Shown: positions 35,807-44,542 of the stretch, piece after piece
Layout of the letters: every line of letters begins with the position of its first letter
Numbering within the stretch: position 1 is the stretch's first letter
Origin: a bacterium
GTDB lineage: Bacteria; Patescibacteriota; UBA1384; XYA2-FULL-43-10; JAKAMI01
Length of the DNA stretch: 47,099 nt
NCBI GenBank assembly: GCA_021812945.1
Contig: JAKAMI010000004.1
Location: 1 to 47,099 of the forward strand
Reading direction: 5' to 3'
The notes under the pieces: generated by a model
Seen by the model: only the letters and a program-made list of their open reading frames with translations
What the model was told of the DNA's origin: nothing
Databases searched by the model: none
Made by a program: the position numbers and the translations under genes

Positions 35807-35838
35807 GAGTCCGAGAGTCCTGGAGTCCAGAAGTCTAA
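35807..35838 (+). repeat. Left tandem 8-mer array (GAGTCCNN x4)
   Basis: GAGTCCGA GAGTCCTG GAGTCCAG AAGTCTAA. Confidence 0.75.
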
Positions 35839-35849
35839 ATTAAGAACAA

Positions 35850-36203
35850 ATGTCAAACGGATTTAAAGATTTAATTGTCTGGCAAAAATCGATAGATTTA
35901 TGTATTAGAATATATAGATTAACCGCAAAGTTTCCTTCTTCAGAGCAATATTCGATTATATCTCAGTTAAGAAAAGCAGGATCATCTGTGCCCGCCAATA
36001 TCGCTGAGGGCTGTGCTAGATTTTCAAAAAAAGAATTTACTCACTTTCTCTGGATCGCATACGGATCTTTAGCTGAGGTTGATACTTTCTTGATAATTTC
36101 TCAAAAATTGGGATTTGTTAAAGAAGCTGACTTAGTCGATATTAATGAGCTAAAAGAAGAGATTCGGAAAATGATTAAAACATTGATTAAGATTCAAAAT
36201 TGA
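35850..36203 (+). CDS. Four-helix-bundle protein (23S rRNA IVS protein / bAvd-like family)
   Basis: FKDLIVWQKS, FP..E.Y..SQLRKAGSSVPANIAEG, IAYGSLAE. Confidence 0.92.
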   Translation: MSNGFKDLIVWQKSIDLCIRIYRLTAKFPSSEQYSIISQLRKAGSSVPANIAEGCARFSKKEFTHFLWIAYGSLAEVDTFLIISQKLGFVKEADLVDINELKEEIRKMIKTLIKIQN

Positions 36204-36212
36204 CCTTATTTT

Positions 36213-36248
36213 CTTTCGGACTTTCGGACTTTTAGACTCTAGGACTTT
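36213..36248 (-). repeat. Right tandem 8-mer array, inverted relative to the left
   Basis: TTCGGACT TTCGGACT TTTAGACT CTAGGACT. Confidence 0.75.
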
Positions 36249-36253
36249 ACGCT

Positions 36254-38041
36254 ATGACTTCACAAGAGTTAAGAAATAAATTTTTGAATTTTTTTGAACA
36301 GCGGGGGCACAAGATTATGCCTTCTTTTTCTCTAGTGCCCGACGAAACCGACCCGTCGGTGCTTTTTACCACCGCCGGCATGCATCCCTTCAAGCGATAT
36401 TATGCCAAACCTGATCTGGCTCCAGCCCCTGCTATTGTTACGATCCAAAAATGTATCCGAACCGGCGACATAGAGGAAGTCGGCGATGCCACTCACCTGA
36501 CATTTTTTGAAATGCTGGGGAATTTCTCTTTCGGCTACCCGAAAAAAGAAGGCTCCTATTTCAAAAAAGAGGCGATTGCGTATGCTTGGGAGTTTTTGAC
36601 CAAAGAACTGAACATCGAAATATCCAGGCTCTCAGCCACTTATTTCAAAGGGGAAGGTGGGATACCCGAGGACAAAGAATCATACGATATCATACGGAAT
36701 ATTACCAAATTACCGGAAGGCAAAATTGTTGGTACCGGTAAGTCCGAAACCTTTTGGTCGCTCGGGACCGAGAACTCCCCGGGCGGGCCAACCGTGGAGT
36801 TCTACATTGATAATATTGAAATCTGGAATCTAGTCTTTAATGAGTATATTTTACGAAATGAAAAATACGAACCGTCAGAGTACAAAGGCGTCGATACCGG
36901 CATGGGGTTCGAGCGTCTGCTGGCGGTTTTAAATCAGGCGGAAAATGTTTATCATACAGATATCTTTGAGGAATCTCACCGAAAATTGCACCAGCTTTTC
37001 AAAACTGAAAACCCGGTTGCGGAAAGGATTATCCTCGATCATTTGCGGGCGGCGGTTTTTATCATGGCTGACGGAGTCAGGCCTTCAAACAAGGGAGCCG
37101 GTTATGTCTTACGCCGCTTGATCCGTCGAGCTATCGTCAAGGCCAAAACCTTGGGGATTGAGGAGAATTTTTGTGCACGAGTGGCTACAACAATAGGTCA
37201 TTCTGAAGCCGATCCGAATCGGCTGCAGAATCCCACGAATGTTGGGATCCTTCGTTACTCTCAGGATGACGTGTTTAATGAGTTTGAAAAAGAAGAAACC
37301 AAGTTTCGAAAAACTTTGGCCCAGGGCCTTCGAATAATCAAGTCTCAAAAAGAATTTAGTGGTAAAGTGTTATTCGATCTGTACCAGACATACGGCATAC
37401 CGGTAGAAATTACTATTGAGGAAGCCGAACGACTTGGTAATGATATTAGCAATGAGACAATGAAACAGTTTAACAATGAGCTTTTGGCTCATCAAGAGCT
37501 TTCGCGGACGGCTTCGGCGGGGATGTTCAAGGGAGGGCTGGCCGATGCCGGCGAGGAAACGACTCGGCTTCATACCGCGGCACATCTGATGTTGGCAGCC
37601 TTGCGTCAGGTTTTAGGAGAGGAAGTGACTCAAAAAGGTTCGAACATTACTGCTGAGAGATTAAGATTTGATTTCAATTATCCGGAAAAGCTGACTTCGG
37701 AGCAGATCAAATCGGTGGAAGATATTGTAAACGAAAAAATTAAGGAGGATCTGCCCGTCACGATGGAGGAGATGGGCATTGACGACGCCAAAAAGTCCGG
37801 CGCCATGGGGGTATTCGATGACAGGTACGGGGACAAGGTGAAGGTTTACACAATCGGTAGGACCCATTCGACTCTTCTTCGCCAAGCCCAGGATCGCTCA
37901 GGGCCAATCGAGAAGCCGTTCTCGATTGAGATTTGCGGCGGCCCGCATGTCAAAAGAACCGGCGAACTCGGCCGCTTCAAAATCATCAAAGAAGAGTCCT
38001 CCTCCGCCGGTGTCCGGAGGATCAAAGCAATATTGGAATAG
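36254..38041 (+). CDS. alaS: Alanine--tRNA ligase (short form without C-Ala domain)
   Basis: LFTTAGM, HLTFFEMLGNFSFG, DTGMGFER, GYVLRRLIRRA, editing motifs HTAAH and CGGPH; ends GVRRIKAILE. Confidence 0.97.
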   Translation: MTSQELRNKFLNFFEQRGHKIMPSFSLVPDETDPSVLFTTAGMHPFKRYYAKPDLAPAPAIVTIQKCIRTGDIEEVGDATHLTFFEMLGNFSFGYPKKEGSYFKKEAIAYAWEFLTKELNIEISRLSATYFKGEGGIPEDKESYDIIRNITKLPEGKIVGTGKSETFWSLGTENSPGGPTVEFYIDNIEIWNLVFNEYILRNEKYEPSEYKGVDTGMGFERLLAVLNQAENVYHTDIFEESHRKLHQLFKTENPVAERIILDHLRAAVFIMADGVRPSNKGAGYVLRRLIRRAIVKAKTLGIEENFCARVATTIGHSEADPNRLQNPTNVGILRYSQDDVFNEFEKEETKFRKTLAQGLRIIKSQKEFSGKVLFDLYQTYGIPVEITIEEAERLGNDISNETMKQFNNELLAHQELSRTASAGMFKGGLADAGEETTRLHTAAHLMLAALRQVLGEEVTQKGSNITAERLRFDFNYPEKLTSEQIKSVEDIVNEKIKEDLPVTMEEMGIDDAKKSGAMGVFDDRYGDKVKVYTIGRTHSTLLRQAQDRSGPIEKPFSIEICGGPHVKRTGELGRFKIIKEESSSAGVRRIKAILE

Positions 38042-38053
38042 GAAAGGAGAACT

Positions 38054-38353
38054 ATGGTTTATGGCGAAGGTAAATCAAACGTAGGGTTAGATAGAAACAA
38101 TGAACCGAATATTTCTCTCGCCGTAGGTCTCAACAATCTTATCGACGAAGTTGAGGAAGAAGGAGGGGTAGTTGAAAGAATAGTTCCTAGAGAATTGTTA
38201 AGTCGAATAGATAGTATTTTAGAAAAAGCGCAGCAAAGCGGTATTTCTATTAAAGGGTCTACACTAGCGGAATTAAACGGGTTGCAAAAAGCAGAAAAAA
38301 GAATGTTGTCAGATTGGCTAAGTTCTCATAAATCAAAAGAAGGGTCTATTTAG
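38054..38353 (+). CDS. Hypothetical protein
   Basis: AAGGAG RBS directly after alaS; 99-aa AT-rich ORF. Confidence 0.55.
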   Translation: MVYGEGKSNVGLDRNNEPNISLAVGLNNLIDEVEEEGGVVERIVPRELLSRIDSILEKAQQSGISIKGSTLAELNGLQKAEKRMLSDWLSSHKSKEGSI

Positions 38354-38506
38354 CCACATAGTTCTAAAACGCGTTGAGGCTCGCCTAAACAGTCCATGCG
38401 GGACTGATTCGGACGAGCCTCTTCGGTATTATGCGATCGGGGCACGCGGTGGTTTTCTCTCCTTCATGTCGACCTTGCGCGCCATTGGTCACGCCTCCCT
38501 AGCAGA

Positions 38507-38938
38507 CTAGCAGAACGCCTCGCGGAACGCCTCGATGATCTGGCGGTCTGTCTCGTCGAAGCTCGGCATTGCACTCTGGTAGCCGTCGGGGTCCAGAATC
38601 GACTCACGAACCCACTCGGCCAACGCTAACATGTGCTTGGTCGTCGACAGCGGGTCCTCGCCCGGATCGGCCATGGCCTCGCGGAGGTGCTGCGCGAGAT
38701 AGACCAGCTCGACAGGATCGTGGAGGAGTCTCTCGCGATACCCCTTGGCCTTCTCGGCGTAGACCTCCGCCAACTCGAGGCAAGAGGCGTCTCCGAGGCA
38801 GAAGATCTCATCTCGGACAAACCCCAGAACTTCGTTCGGGCCCATTGCCCTGACCTTCCCGAGACAGTCGTCCAGCCAGCCGAGCTGAAGAGAACTCAGA
38901 CCGACCTGCTGAAGTGTGACAACATCGGTAACCATCAT
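38507..38938 (-). CDS. Hypothetical helical protein (GC-rich gene)
   Basis: GGGAGG RBS before ATG 38938; TTGACA-17-TATTTT promoter upstream. Confidence 0.6.
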   Translation of the reverse strand: MMVTDVVTLQQVGLSSLQLGWLDDCLGKVRAMGPNEVLGFVRDEIFCLGDASCLELAEVYAEKAKGYRERLLHDPVELVYLAQHLREAMADPGEDPLSTTKHMLALAEWVRESILDPDGYQSAMPSFDETDRQIIEAFREAFC

Positions 38939-39018
38939 GGCGCCTCCCTTGATCGGATGTCGGCAATGGCTTAAAAATAGCAGAATTATTGAGTTTGTCA
39001 AACAGAATTTTGTTTTTA

Positions 39019-39174
39019 AGTCCAGCCTTCAGGCTGTGACACCGTAAACGGTGGGCTCAAGACGATTTGAGACCAAGCTTTAGCTTGTTTCCAAAGCACC
39101 CTAAAGGCTGGTCTCAAAAATATTGGAGTCCGAGCTTCAGCCGGTTATTTGAGCACGCTCAAGCGTGGACTACA
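39019..39174. repeat. Cluster of REP-like palindromes
   Basis: AGTCCAGCCTTCAGGCTG; GAGACCAAGCTTTAGCTTG..CTAAAGGCTGGTCTC; GAGTCCGAGCTTCAGC..CTCAAGCGTGGACTAC. Confidence 0.65.
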
Positions 39175-39212
39175 ATTTCGCAATTATTTTGATATTTGTT
39201 ACAATGTAAACA

Positions 39213-40469
39213 ATGGTTTTCGGATTCAAGGGTCTCCGCAAAGGAGGCAAAAAACATTTCGCCTTGGCGCTGGACATTGGAACCGAATTTGTCAAGGCGC
39301 TGATCTACCGCATCGAGGGCAATCGAGGCGTAGTTGTTGGGGTTGGCAAACAGAGGCAAAGATTGTCCGATATGCAGGGCGGTAAGGTAACCGATATCGC
39401 CGGGGTCATCGCCAACTGCGAGGAAGCCTTACAACACGCGGCGGAGATGGCTCACGAAGCGCCCCGCCAGTGCGTCATCGGCATCGCCGGCGAGCTGGTC
39501 AAAGGCACAACCACTACGGTGCACTATGAGCGCGACCATCCCCTGACGAAAATAACAGTCTCAGAGCTAAAAAACATCATTGCAAAGGTTCAAAACAGAG
39601 CTTTCGACAAGACCCGCCAGACTTTGGCTTGGGAGACCGGTTACCGCGAGATCGATGTCCGACTGGTCAACTCTGCGGTGGTTGACGTCCGAATTGACGG
39701 CTACCGTGTCACTAACCCGGTCGGTTTTCAAGGCCGCGATATCTCCATCGGCGTTTTCAACGCCTTCGCGCCGATAGTTCACCTCGGTGCTTTGCAAACC
39801 ATATCGGAGGGGTTAGGATTGGACTTGCTGGCGGTAGCCGCCGAGCCCTACGCCGTGGCCCGTTGCATGGGGCTTGAGGAATCGACCGACTTTTCCGCTA
39901 TTTTTATCGACATCGGGGGCGGCACCACCGACATTGCCGTAGTGCGAAATGGCGGGGTTGAGGGGACGCGGATGTTTGCCATCGGCGGGCGGGTTTTCAC
40001 CAAACGGGTGGCGCAGGAGCTTGATTTATCATTTGGTGAAGCCGAGAAGAAGAAACTGGAATATTCCGAAGGGAAATTGTCTGAGGAGGAGGCGGAAAGG
40101 GTCAAGAAGGGCATCGATGCCGATTGCCAAGTTTGGCTTTCCGGAGTAGAATTAGCGTTAGGGGAGTTTGGCGGCTCCGATCTTTTGCCGTCCAAAATTT
40201 TACTCTGCGGCGGCGGTTCCCTACTTCCGGAGATCCAGGAGTTCTTGGAATCCCGCGAATGGGTCAAACGTTTGCCTTTCGCCCGCCAGCCCAAGGTGGA
40301 GTTTATCCATCCTTCCGACGTCGCCAATATCTCCGACGAAACCGGCGAACTGGTGGGCGCACAGGACATTACCCCCATGGCTCTGGCCAATCTCGGCATC
40401 GACCTCTCCGGAGAATCAGGCGTGGTTGAGGGGATACTGGATCGGGTGGTTGAGTCGATTAAAGAGTAA
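39213..40469 (+). CDS. FtsA-like actin-fold ATPase
   Basis: ALDIGTEFVK, AEPYA, IDIGGGTTDIA, GGRVFT, AEKKK, LCGGGS. Confidence 0.85.
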   Translation: MVFGFKGLRKGGKKHFALALDIGTEFVKALIYRIEGNRGVVVGVGKQRQRLSDMQGGKVTDIAGVIANCEEALQHAAEMAHEAPRQCVIGIAGELVKGTTTTVHYERDHPLTKITVSELKNIIAKVQNRAFDKTRQTLAWETGYREIDVRLVNSAVVDVRIDGYRVTNPVGFQGRDISIGVFNAFAPIVHLGALQTISEGLGLDLLAVAAEPYAVARCMGLEESTDFSAIFIDIGGGTTDIAVVRNGGVEGTRMFAIGGRVFTKRVAQELDLSFGEAEKKKLEYSEGKLSEEEAERVKKGIDADCQVWLSGVELALGEFGGSDLLPSKILLCGGGSLLPEIQEFLESREWVKRLPFARQPKVEFIHPSDVANISDETGELVGAQDITPMALANLGIDLSGESGVVEGILDRVVESIKE

Positions 40470-40597
40470 ATAGTGATAGACGTGGCTAGACATAGTGAGA
40501 AATAGTTAGACATGGTAAGACAAAGCAAGACATTGACAAACAATTTCTCTCTATCGTCTCACTATTTCTCTCTACTTCTAACGGCATTCGAAAACGC

Positions 40598-42655
40598 ATG
40601 GAAGATAAGTTGATATATCTCGAATCGGATGAGGAAATCACCTCGGTTATCGACAAGATCAGTAAAGCTACCAGTGTCGATGTCGCCCTGGTGATACCTC
40701 GAGGGGGAAACCTTGCGCAGAGCATCGTTAATTTGAAATTGCTGAAAAAGCGTGCTTCTGATTTGGGTAAAGATGTCTCTTTGGTTACCGCCGACAAGAT
40801 CAGCCGTAACCTGGCTTCGCAGGTGGGGATCTCGGTCTATTCACGAGTGGATGAAGTCGGCCGCAGATCCGTGCCGCCGGCACCGCTTATGGCTGAAAGA
40901 CCAGTCGCTATAGCCGAGGAGGTTATTAAATCCGACGTTCCCGCGCCGGCACCGGCCAAACCGGCCGAGGAGTTGCCGGAGATGCCCGGGATCAAGATAC
41001 ATCGGTACTATGATGAACGAAGTCAATCACCGGTGATCAGTAATCAGTTATCAGGGGAAAGTAATACAAAGTCAGAACCGAATTTGAAAACTGACAACCG
41101 AAAACTGACAACCGAAAACAAATCTTTAGAGCCATCGAAGGACGAGGTAGTTGAGGAAAGTGTTCAAAAAGACGTTGAGAAACCAATTCCTGCCGAGGTC
41201 ATCGAGCTTCCAGAGCATCCGGTAATCGTGGAGTCCGAAAATCCCGGAGTTCGAAAGTCCGAAGAAAATCCAGAAATAAGGGAAGAAAAACTCCCGGAAG
41301 AAAGCGGTTTCAAACGCAAGAAAATCAGTGTCAGAGACGCTATTAAAAATAGTCGGGAGTCACAAGATAGTCCAGAGTCCCAAGCCATGCCTGCCGGCAG
41401 GCAGGTCCAAAGTCACGAGGAAGAATATTCAAAATCAAGAATTAATAATTCTGACGAATCGAAACCCAAACTTCCGGGTCGGCGATTCAAGCCGATGAAA
41501 AAACGCCGGGCGTTGTTTGTGCTGATCGCTCTAGCCCTTGCTGTCATCTTAGCTTTCGGTTATCTGATACTGCCGCAAGCCAAGGCCACCGTCACCTTCA
41601 AGGCGGAAAATTTCGATCAGAGTTCCGAGGCCGCCATCAGTACCGCCCAAAAGGGAACAGACGCGGATAACGTCATTATTACCGCTACTCAGAACAGCGT
41701 AGACAAAGAGATTTCAGACAAATTTTCTGCTACCGGACAAAGAAATATTGGTGCCAAAGCAACCGGTAAAGTCACTCTTTTTAATGCCGGTTCATCTGCC
41801 CCGCAGAAAATAAATTCCGGACAGGTTCTAAGCTACGACAGTAAAAATTTTACTATCAACGCCGCTGTAACCATTCCGGGAGCCTCGGTTTCGGGAGGCA
41901 ACATTGTCCCTGGGCAAGTCTCGGCCGACGTCACCGCTACCGACTCGGGCGAAGTCTATAATTTGGCTCTGGTTAAATCTCCCAATAAATTCGTGCTGAA
42001 CAGTTTTCCCTCGACCCAGACTTGGGCCGAATCGGCCGCGGCCTTTGCCGGCGGCTCGACCCAAAATGTCAAAGTAATCCAACAGAGTGACATCAATTCG
42101 GCTCAAGAAGCTATTAAAACCAAGCTTTCGGCCCAGGCCAAAGAGGAGGTTTTGAAGAAAGTTCCCACAACCGAAAAATACCTTGACGGGACCATTTCCG
42201 AAAACATTAGCGCTCTTTCATCTTCGGCTCTGGCAGGGGCGCAAGCCGACGACTTTACTTTTTCCGGGAAAATCAGCACCGGCATTTTATCCTTTAACGA
42301 GAATACTCTCAGGGATTTGTTAATATCAAAATATGAAGCCAAACTGGACCGAAACCGCGTCTTGGTGCAAAAGGATAAGATAGTGCTGGACTATCTTATC
42401 AAATCGTTGGACATGGCTTCGGGCAAGGCCGTTTACACTATCAAAATGTCCGGAAAAATCAGCAGTCGGGTTGACACCGAGAGACTGAAGGAACAGCTCA
42501 GCGGCAAGCCGCTGGATGAAGCGAAGCGGGTATTGTCTGCCATCGACTTAGTCAAATCGGTAGACCTTCGGATGTCTCCCAATCTTTCCGTTTACAAAAC
42601 TATGCCGCTGTTTAAGAACAGTATAAAAATTGAAACATTATACGAAACGGAATAA
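40598..42655 (+). CDS. Bitopic membrane protein with globular N-terminal domain, long disordered linker and baseplate-J-like extracellular domain
   Basis: IYLESDEEITSVIDKI..VIP..NLKLLKK; TM at about aa 305-325; ATGKVTLFN, VTIPGA, ATDSGEVYN, FAGG. Confidence 0.75.
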   Translation: MEDKLIYLESDEEITSVIDKISKATSVDVALVIPRGGNLAQSIVNLKLLKKRASDLGKDVSLVTADKISRNLASQVGISVYSRVDEVGRRSVPPAPLMAERPVAIAEEVIKSDVPAPAPAKPAEELPEMPGIKIHRYYDERSQSPVISNQLSGESNTKSEPNLKTDNRKLTTENKSLEPSKDEVVEESVQKDVEKPIPAEVIELPEHPVIVESENPGVRKSEENPEIREEKLPEESGFKRKKISVRDAIKNSRESQDSPESQAMPAGRQVQSHEEEYSKSRINNSDESKPKLPGRRFKPMKKRRALFVLIALALAVILAFGYLILPQAKATVTFKAENFDQSSEAAISTAQKGTDADNVIITATQNSVDKEISDKFSATGQRNIGAKATGKVTLFNAGSSAPQKINSGQVLSYDSKNFTINAAVTIPGASVSGGNIVPGQVSADVTATDSGEVYNLALVKSPNKFVLNSFPSTQTWAESAAAFAGGSTQNVKVIQQSDINSAQEAIKTKLSAQAKEEVLKKVPTTEKYLDGTISENISALSSSALAGAQADDFTFSGKISTGILSFNENTLRDLLISKYEAKLDRNRVLVQKDKIVLDYLIKSLDMASGKAVYTIKMSGKISSRVDTERLKEQLSGKPLDEAKRVLSAIDLVKSVDLRMSPNLSVYKTMPLFKNSIKIETLYETE

Positions 42656-42729
42656 AAATTCAAAAGTGCAATTAATAATTATCTAATTTTAACTTTCAAT
42701 TTTGACTTTTGAATTATGACTTATTAATT

Positions 42730-43143
42730 ATGTATCTAGGCATCGACTACGGGAAAAAGAAAGTTGGAATAGCGGTCGGGGAGAGCATTGCTTTTTCCCG
42801 CGGTTTTTATAATAACAATCAGGAGCTGTTTGGTAAAATTGTCGAGTTGATCAAGGGCGAGGAGATCTCAGTGGTGGTTCTGGGCCTGCCGGTCAAAGAT
42901 TCCGGCCAAGAGGGAGAGTTAGCCGAGGAGATCCGGCGGTTCGGCCAGAAACTAGCTGCCAACACTTCGGCGGAGATAGTTTATGAAAACGAGTCAGACA
43001 CCAGCTTTGCTTCTCATCAAGAGTTGAAAAACGCCGGCATCGACATCCGCTCGGCAAAAACAGAAGTCGATGGACTGGCTGCCGAGAAAATCCTGCAACA
43101 ATATATAGATAGTTCAAAATTCAGATCTCAAATCTCAAAATAA
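42730..43143 (+). CDS. ruvX: YqgF/RuvX-family nuclease
   Basis: YLGIDYGKKKVGIA, VVLGLP, NESDTS, VDGLAAEKILQQY. Confidence 0.9.
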   Translation: MYLGIDYGKKKVGIAVGESIAFSRGFYNNNQELFGKIVELIKGEEISVVVLGLPVKDSGQEGELAEEIRRFGQKLAANTSAEIVYENESDTSFASHQELKNAGIDIRSAKTEVDGLAAEKILQQYIDSSKFRSQISK

Positions 43144-43201
43144 ATGAATAATTTTGAATTGATAACTACACTTTGAGATTTGAATTTTGAGGTCTGAGAT
43201 T

Positions 43202-44161
43202 ATGAACAAAAAAATACTCTTAATTATTTTGGGTTTGGCGGTAATTGGGGCAGTTTCACTGCCTTTTTATGTGGTGCGGGAGCTTAACCATTCGGTTTCT
43301 TCCAACCACCGGCTGACGGATTTTGTGGTTTCCGACGGTGAGACAACCTCGGCCATCGGCAGTCGTCTGGTGGAGCAGAAATTGATTAATAGTAAGCTGA
43401 GTTTTTTGGTTTACGTTTATTCTAGAAACAAGAAAATCCAGTCCGGGAACTATGAACTTTCGGCCGATATGAGCGAGAAGAACCTTATCGATACCATCAG
43501 CGTCGGTCAGACCAAAACCATCCGGGTGACTATTCCCGAGGGCTGGAGATTAGAGCAAATAGCGGCCCGACTGGAAGCCAAAAAAGTGGTAAAGTATGAC
43601 GACTTCATACAAGCCGCCAAGGGCAGCGAAGGCTACCTTTTCCCCGACACCTACGATTTTAGAACCGACTTGACGGCCGCGGCGGTGGCGCGGATGATGA
43701 CGGCGAACTTTGACAAGAGAACCATCGGGTCAAATCTAGCCAAGAATGATATTATTTTAGCCTCAATAATTGAAAGAGAAGCGGAGAACGACGCCGACCG
43801 GGCGGGGATTGCCGGGGTTTTTGCTAATCGACTTAAGATCAATATGAAACTCCAATCCGATGTGACTGTGATCTACCAAAGGGATAACAATAACTATCGA
43901 ACCGGCGATCAAAGTTTTCAATTCTGGCAGAAACTGGCTTCAGGCGATATTACTCGAGTTACGGGGAGTTATAGTACTTATCAAAACGCCGGCCTTCCCC
44001 CGGGACCAATCTGCAACCCGGGGCTAAAAAGCCTCGAAGCGGCCCAAAATCCGGCCGAACATGGCTACTTGTATTTTCTTTACGGGCCAAAAGGCGACAT
44101 CCACTACGCCTCTTCCCAAGCCCAGCAAGATCAAAACGCTCAGAAATATCTGGGGTACTGA
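43202..44161 (+). CDS. mltG: Endolytic transglycosylase
   Basis: VTIPEG, EGYLFPDTY, LASIIERE, NRL..MKLQSD, GLPPGPICNPG, YLYF. Confidence 0.95.
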   Translation: MNKKILLIILGLAVIGAVSLPFYVVRELNHSVSSNHRLTDFVVSDGETTSAIGSRLVEQKLINSKLSFLVYVYSRNKKIQSGNYELSADMSEKNLIDTISVGQTKTIRVTIPEGWRLEQIAARLEAKKVVKYDDFIQAAKGSEGYLFPDTYDFRTDLTAAAVARMMTANFDKRTIGSNLAKNDIILASIIEREAENDADRAGIAGVFANRLKINMKLQSDVTVIYQRDNNNYRTGDQSFQFWQKLASGDITRVTGSYSTYQNAGLPPGPICNPGLKSLEAAQNPAEHGYLYFLYGPKGDIHYASSQAQQDQNAQKYLGY

Positions 44162-44183
44162 ACATTGATCTAACTAATGTATT

Positions 44184-44334
44184 CACCCCGAGGGTAGGCT
44201 CTGATTCCCTCGGGGTGGGATGATTTCTATAAAGACAGTCTTCGCTGGTTTCGAAGACTGTCTTTATCCGCGACTGTCGACTGATTAAAATATTTTTTCC
44301 TCTGACACTTTAGTCACGATCGTGACTAAAGTGT
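44184..44334. repeat. Three strong inverted repeats, including a perfect 30-bp palindrome
   Basis: Hairpins at 44184-44217 and 44229-44267; ACACTTTAGTCACGA|TCGTGACTAAAGTGT at 44305-44334. Confidence 0.8.
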
Positions 44335-44542
44335 GACTGATAAATGAGTAATGGACAAAGCTGAATAAACTACACTACAAAAGACGGTCATTAGTTCAAA
44401 TATTATTATTGCCAAGCATTGACTTTTTGGTTCGTATCGACTATTTTCTAAATAGCCAACCTAACTCGGTTACACCCATCAAAGTGGCCGGTCTAGGCTT
44501 CTTTGAGGTTTGGCATACTGCTGTTACGGAGGTGTTGTAAAG

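Noticed and set aside
35850-36203. Diversity-generating retroelement (Avd)
   Set aside because: No reverse transcriptase and no TR/VR pair with adenine-specific mismatches seen in the window
39848-40543. Long antisense ORFs (also 28049-28711, 32571-33215, 45283-45888)
   Set aside because: Shadows of well-supported genes or repeats, with no motifs or RBS
40598-42655. Prophage or contractile injection system
   Set aside because: No sheath, tube, spike, terminase or integrase genes; the protein is membrane-anchored in a housekeeping context
44441-44530. PyrR-binding attenuator upstream of pyrF
   Set aside because: No AGUCC.GNGAGGCU consensus and no clear terminator
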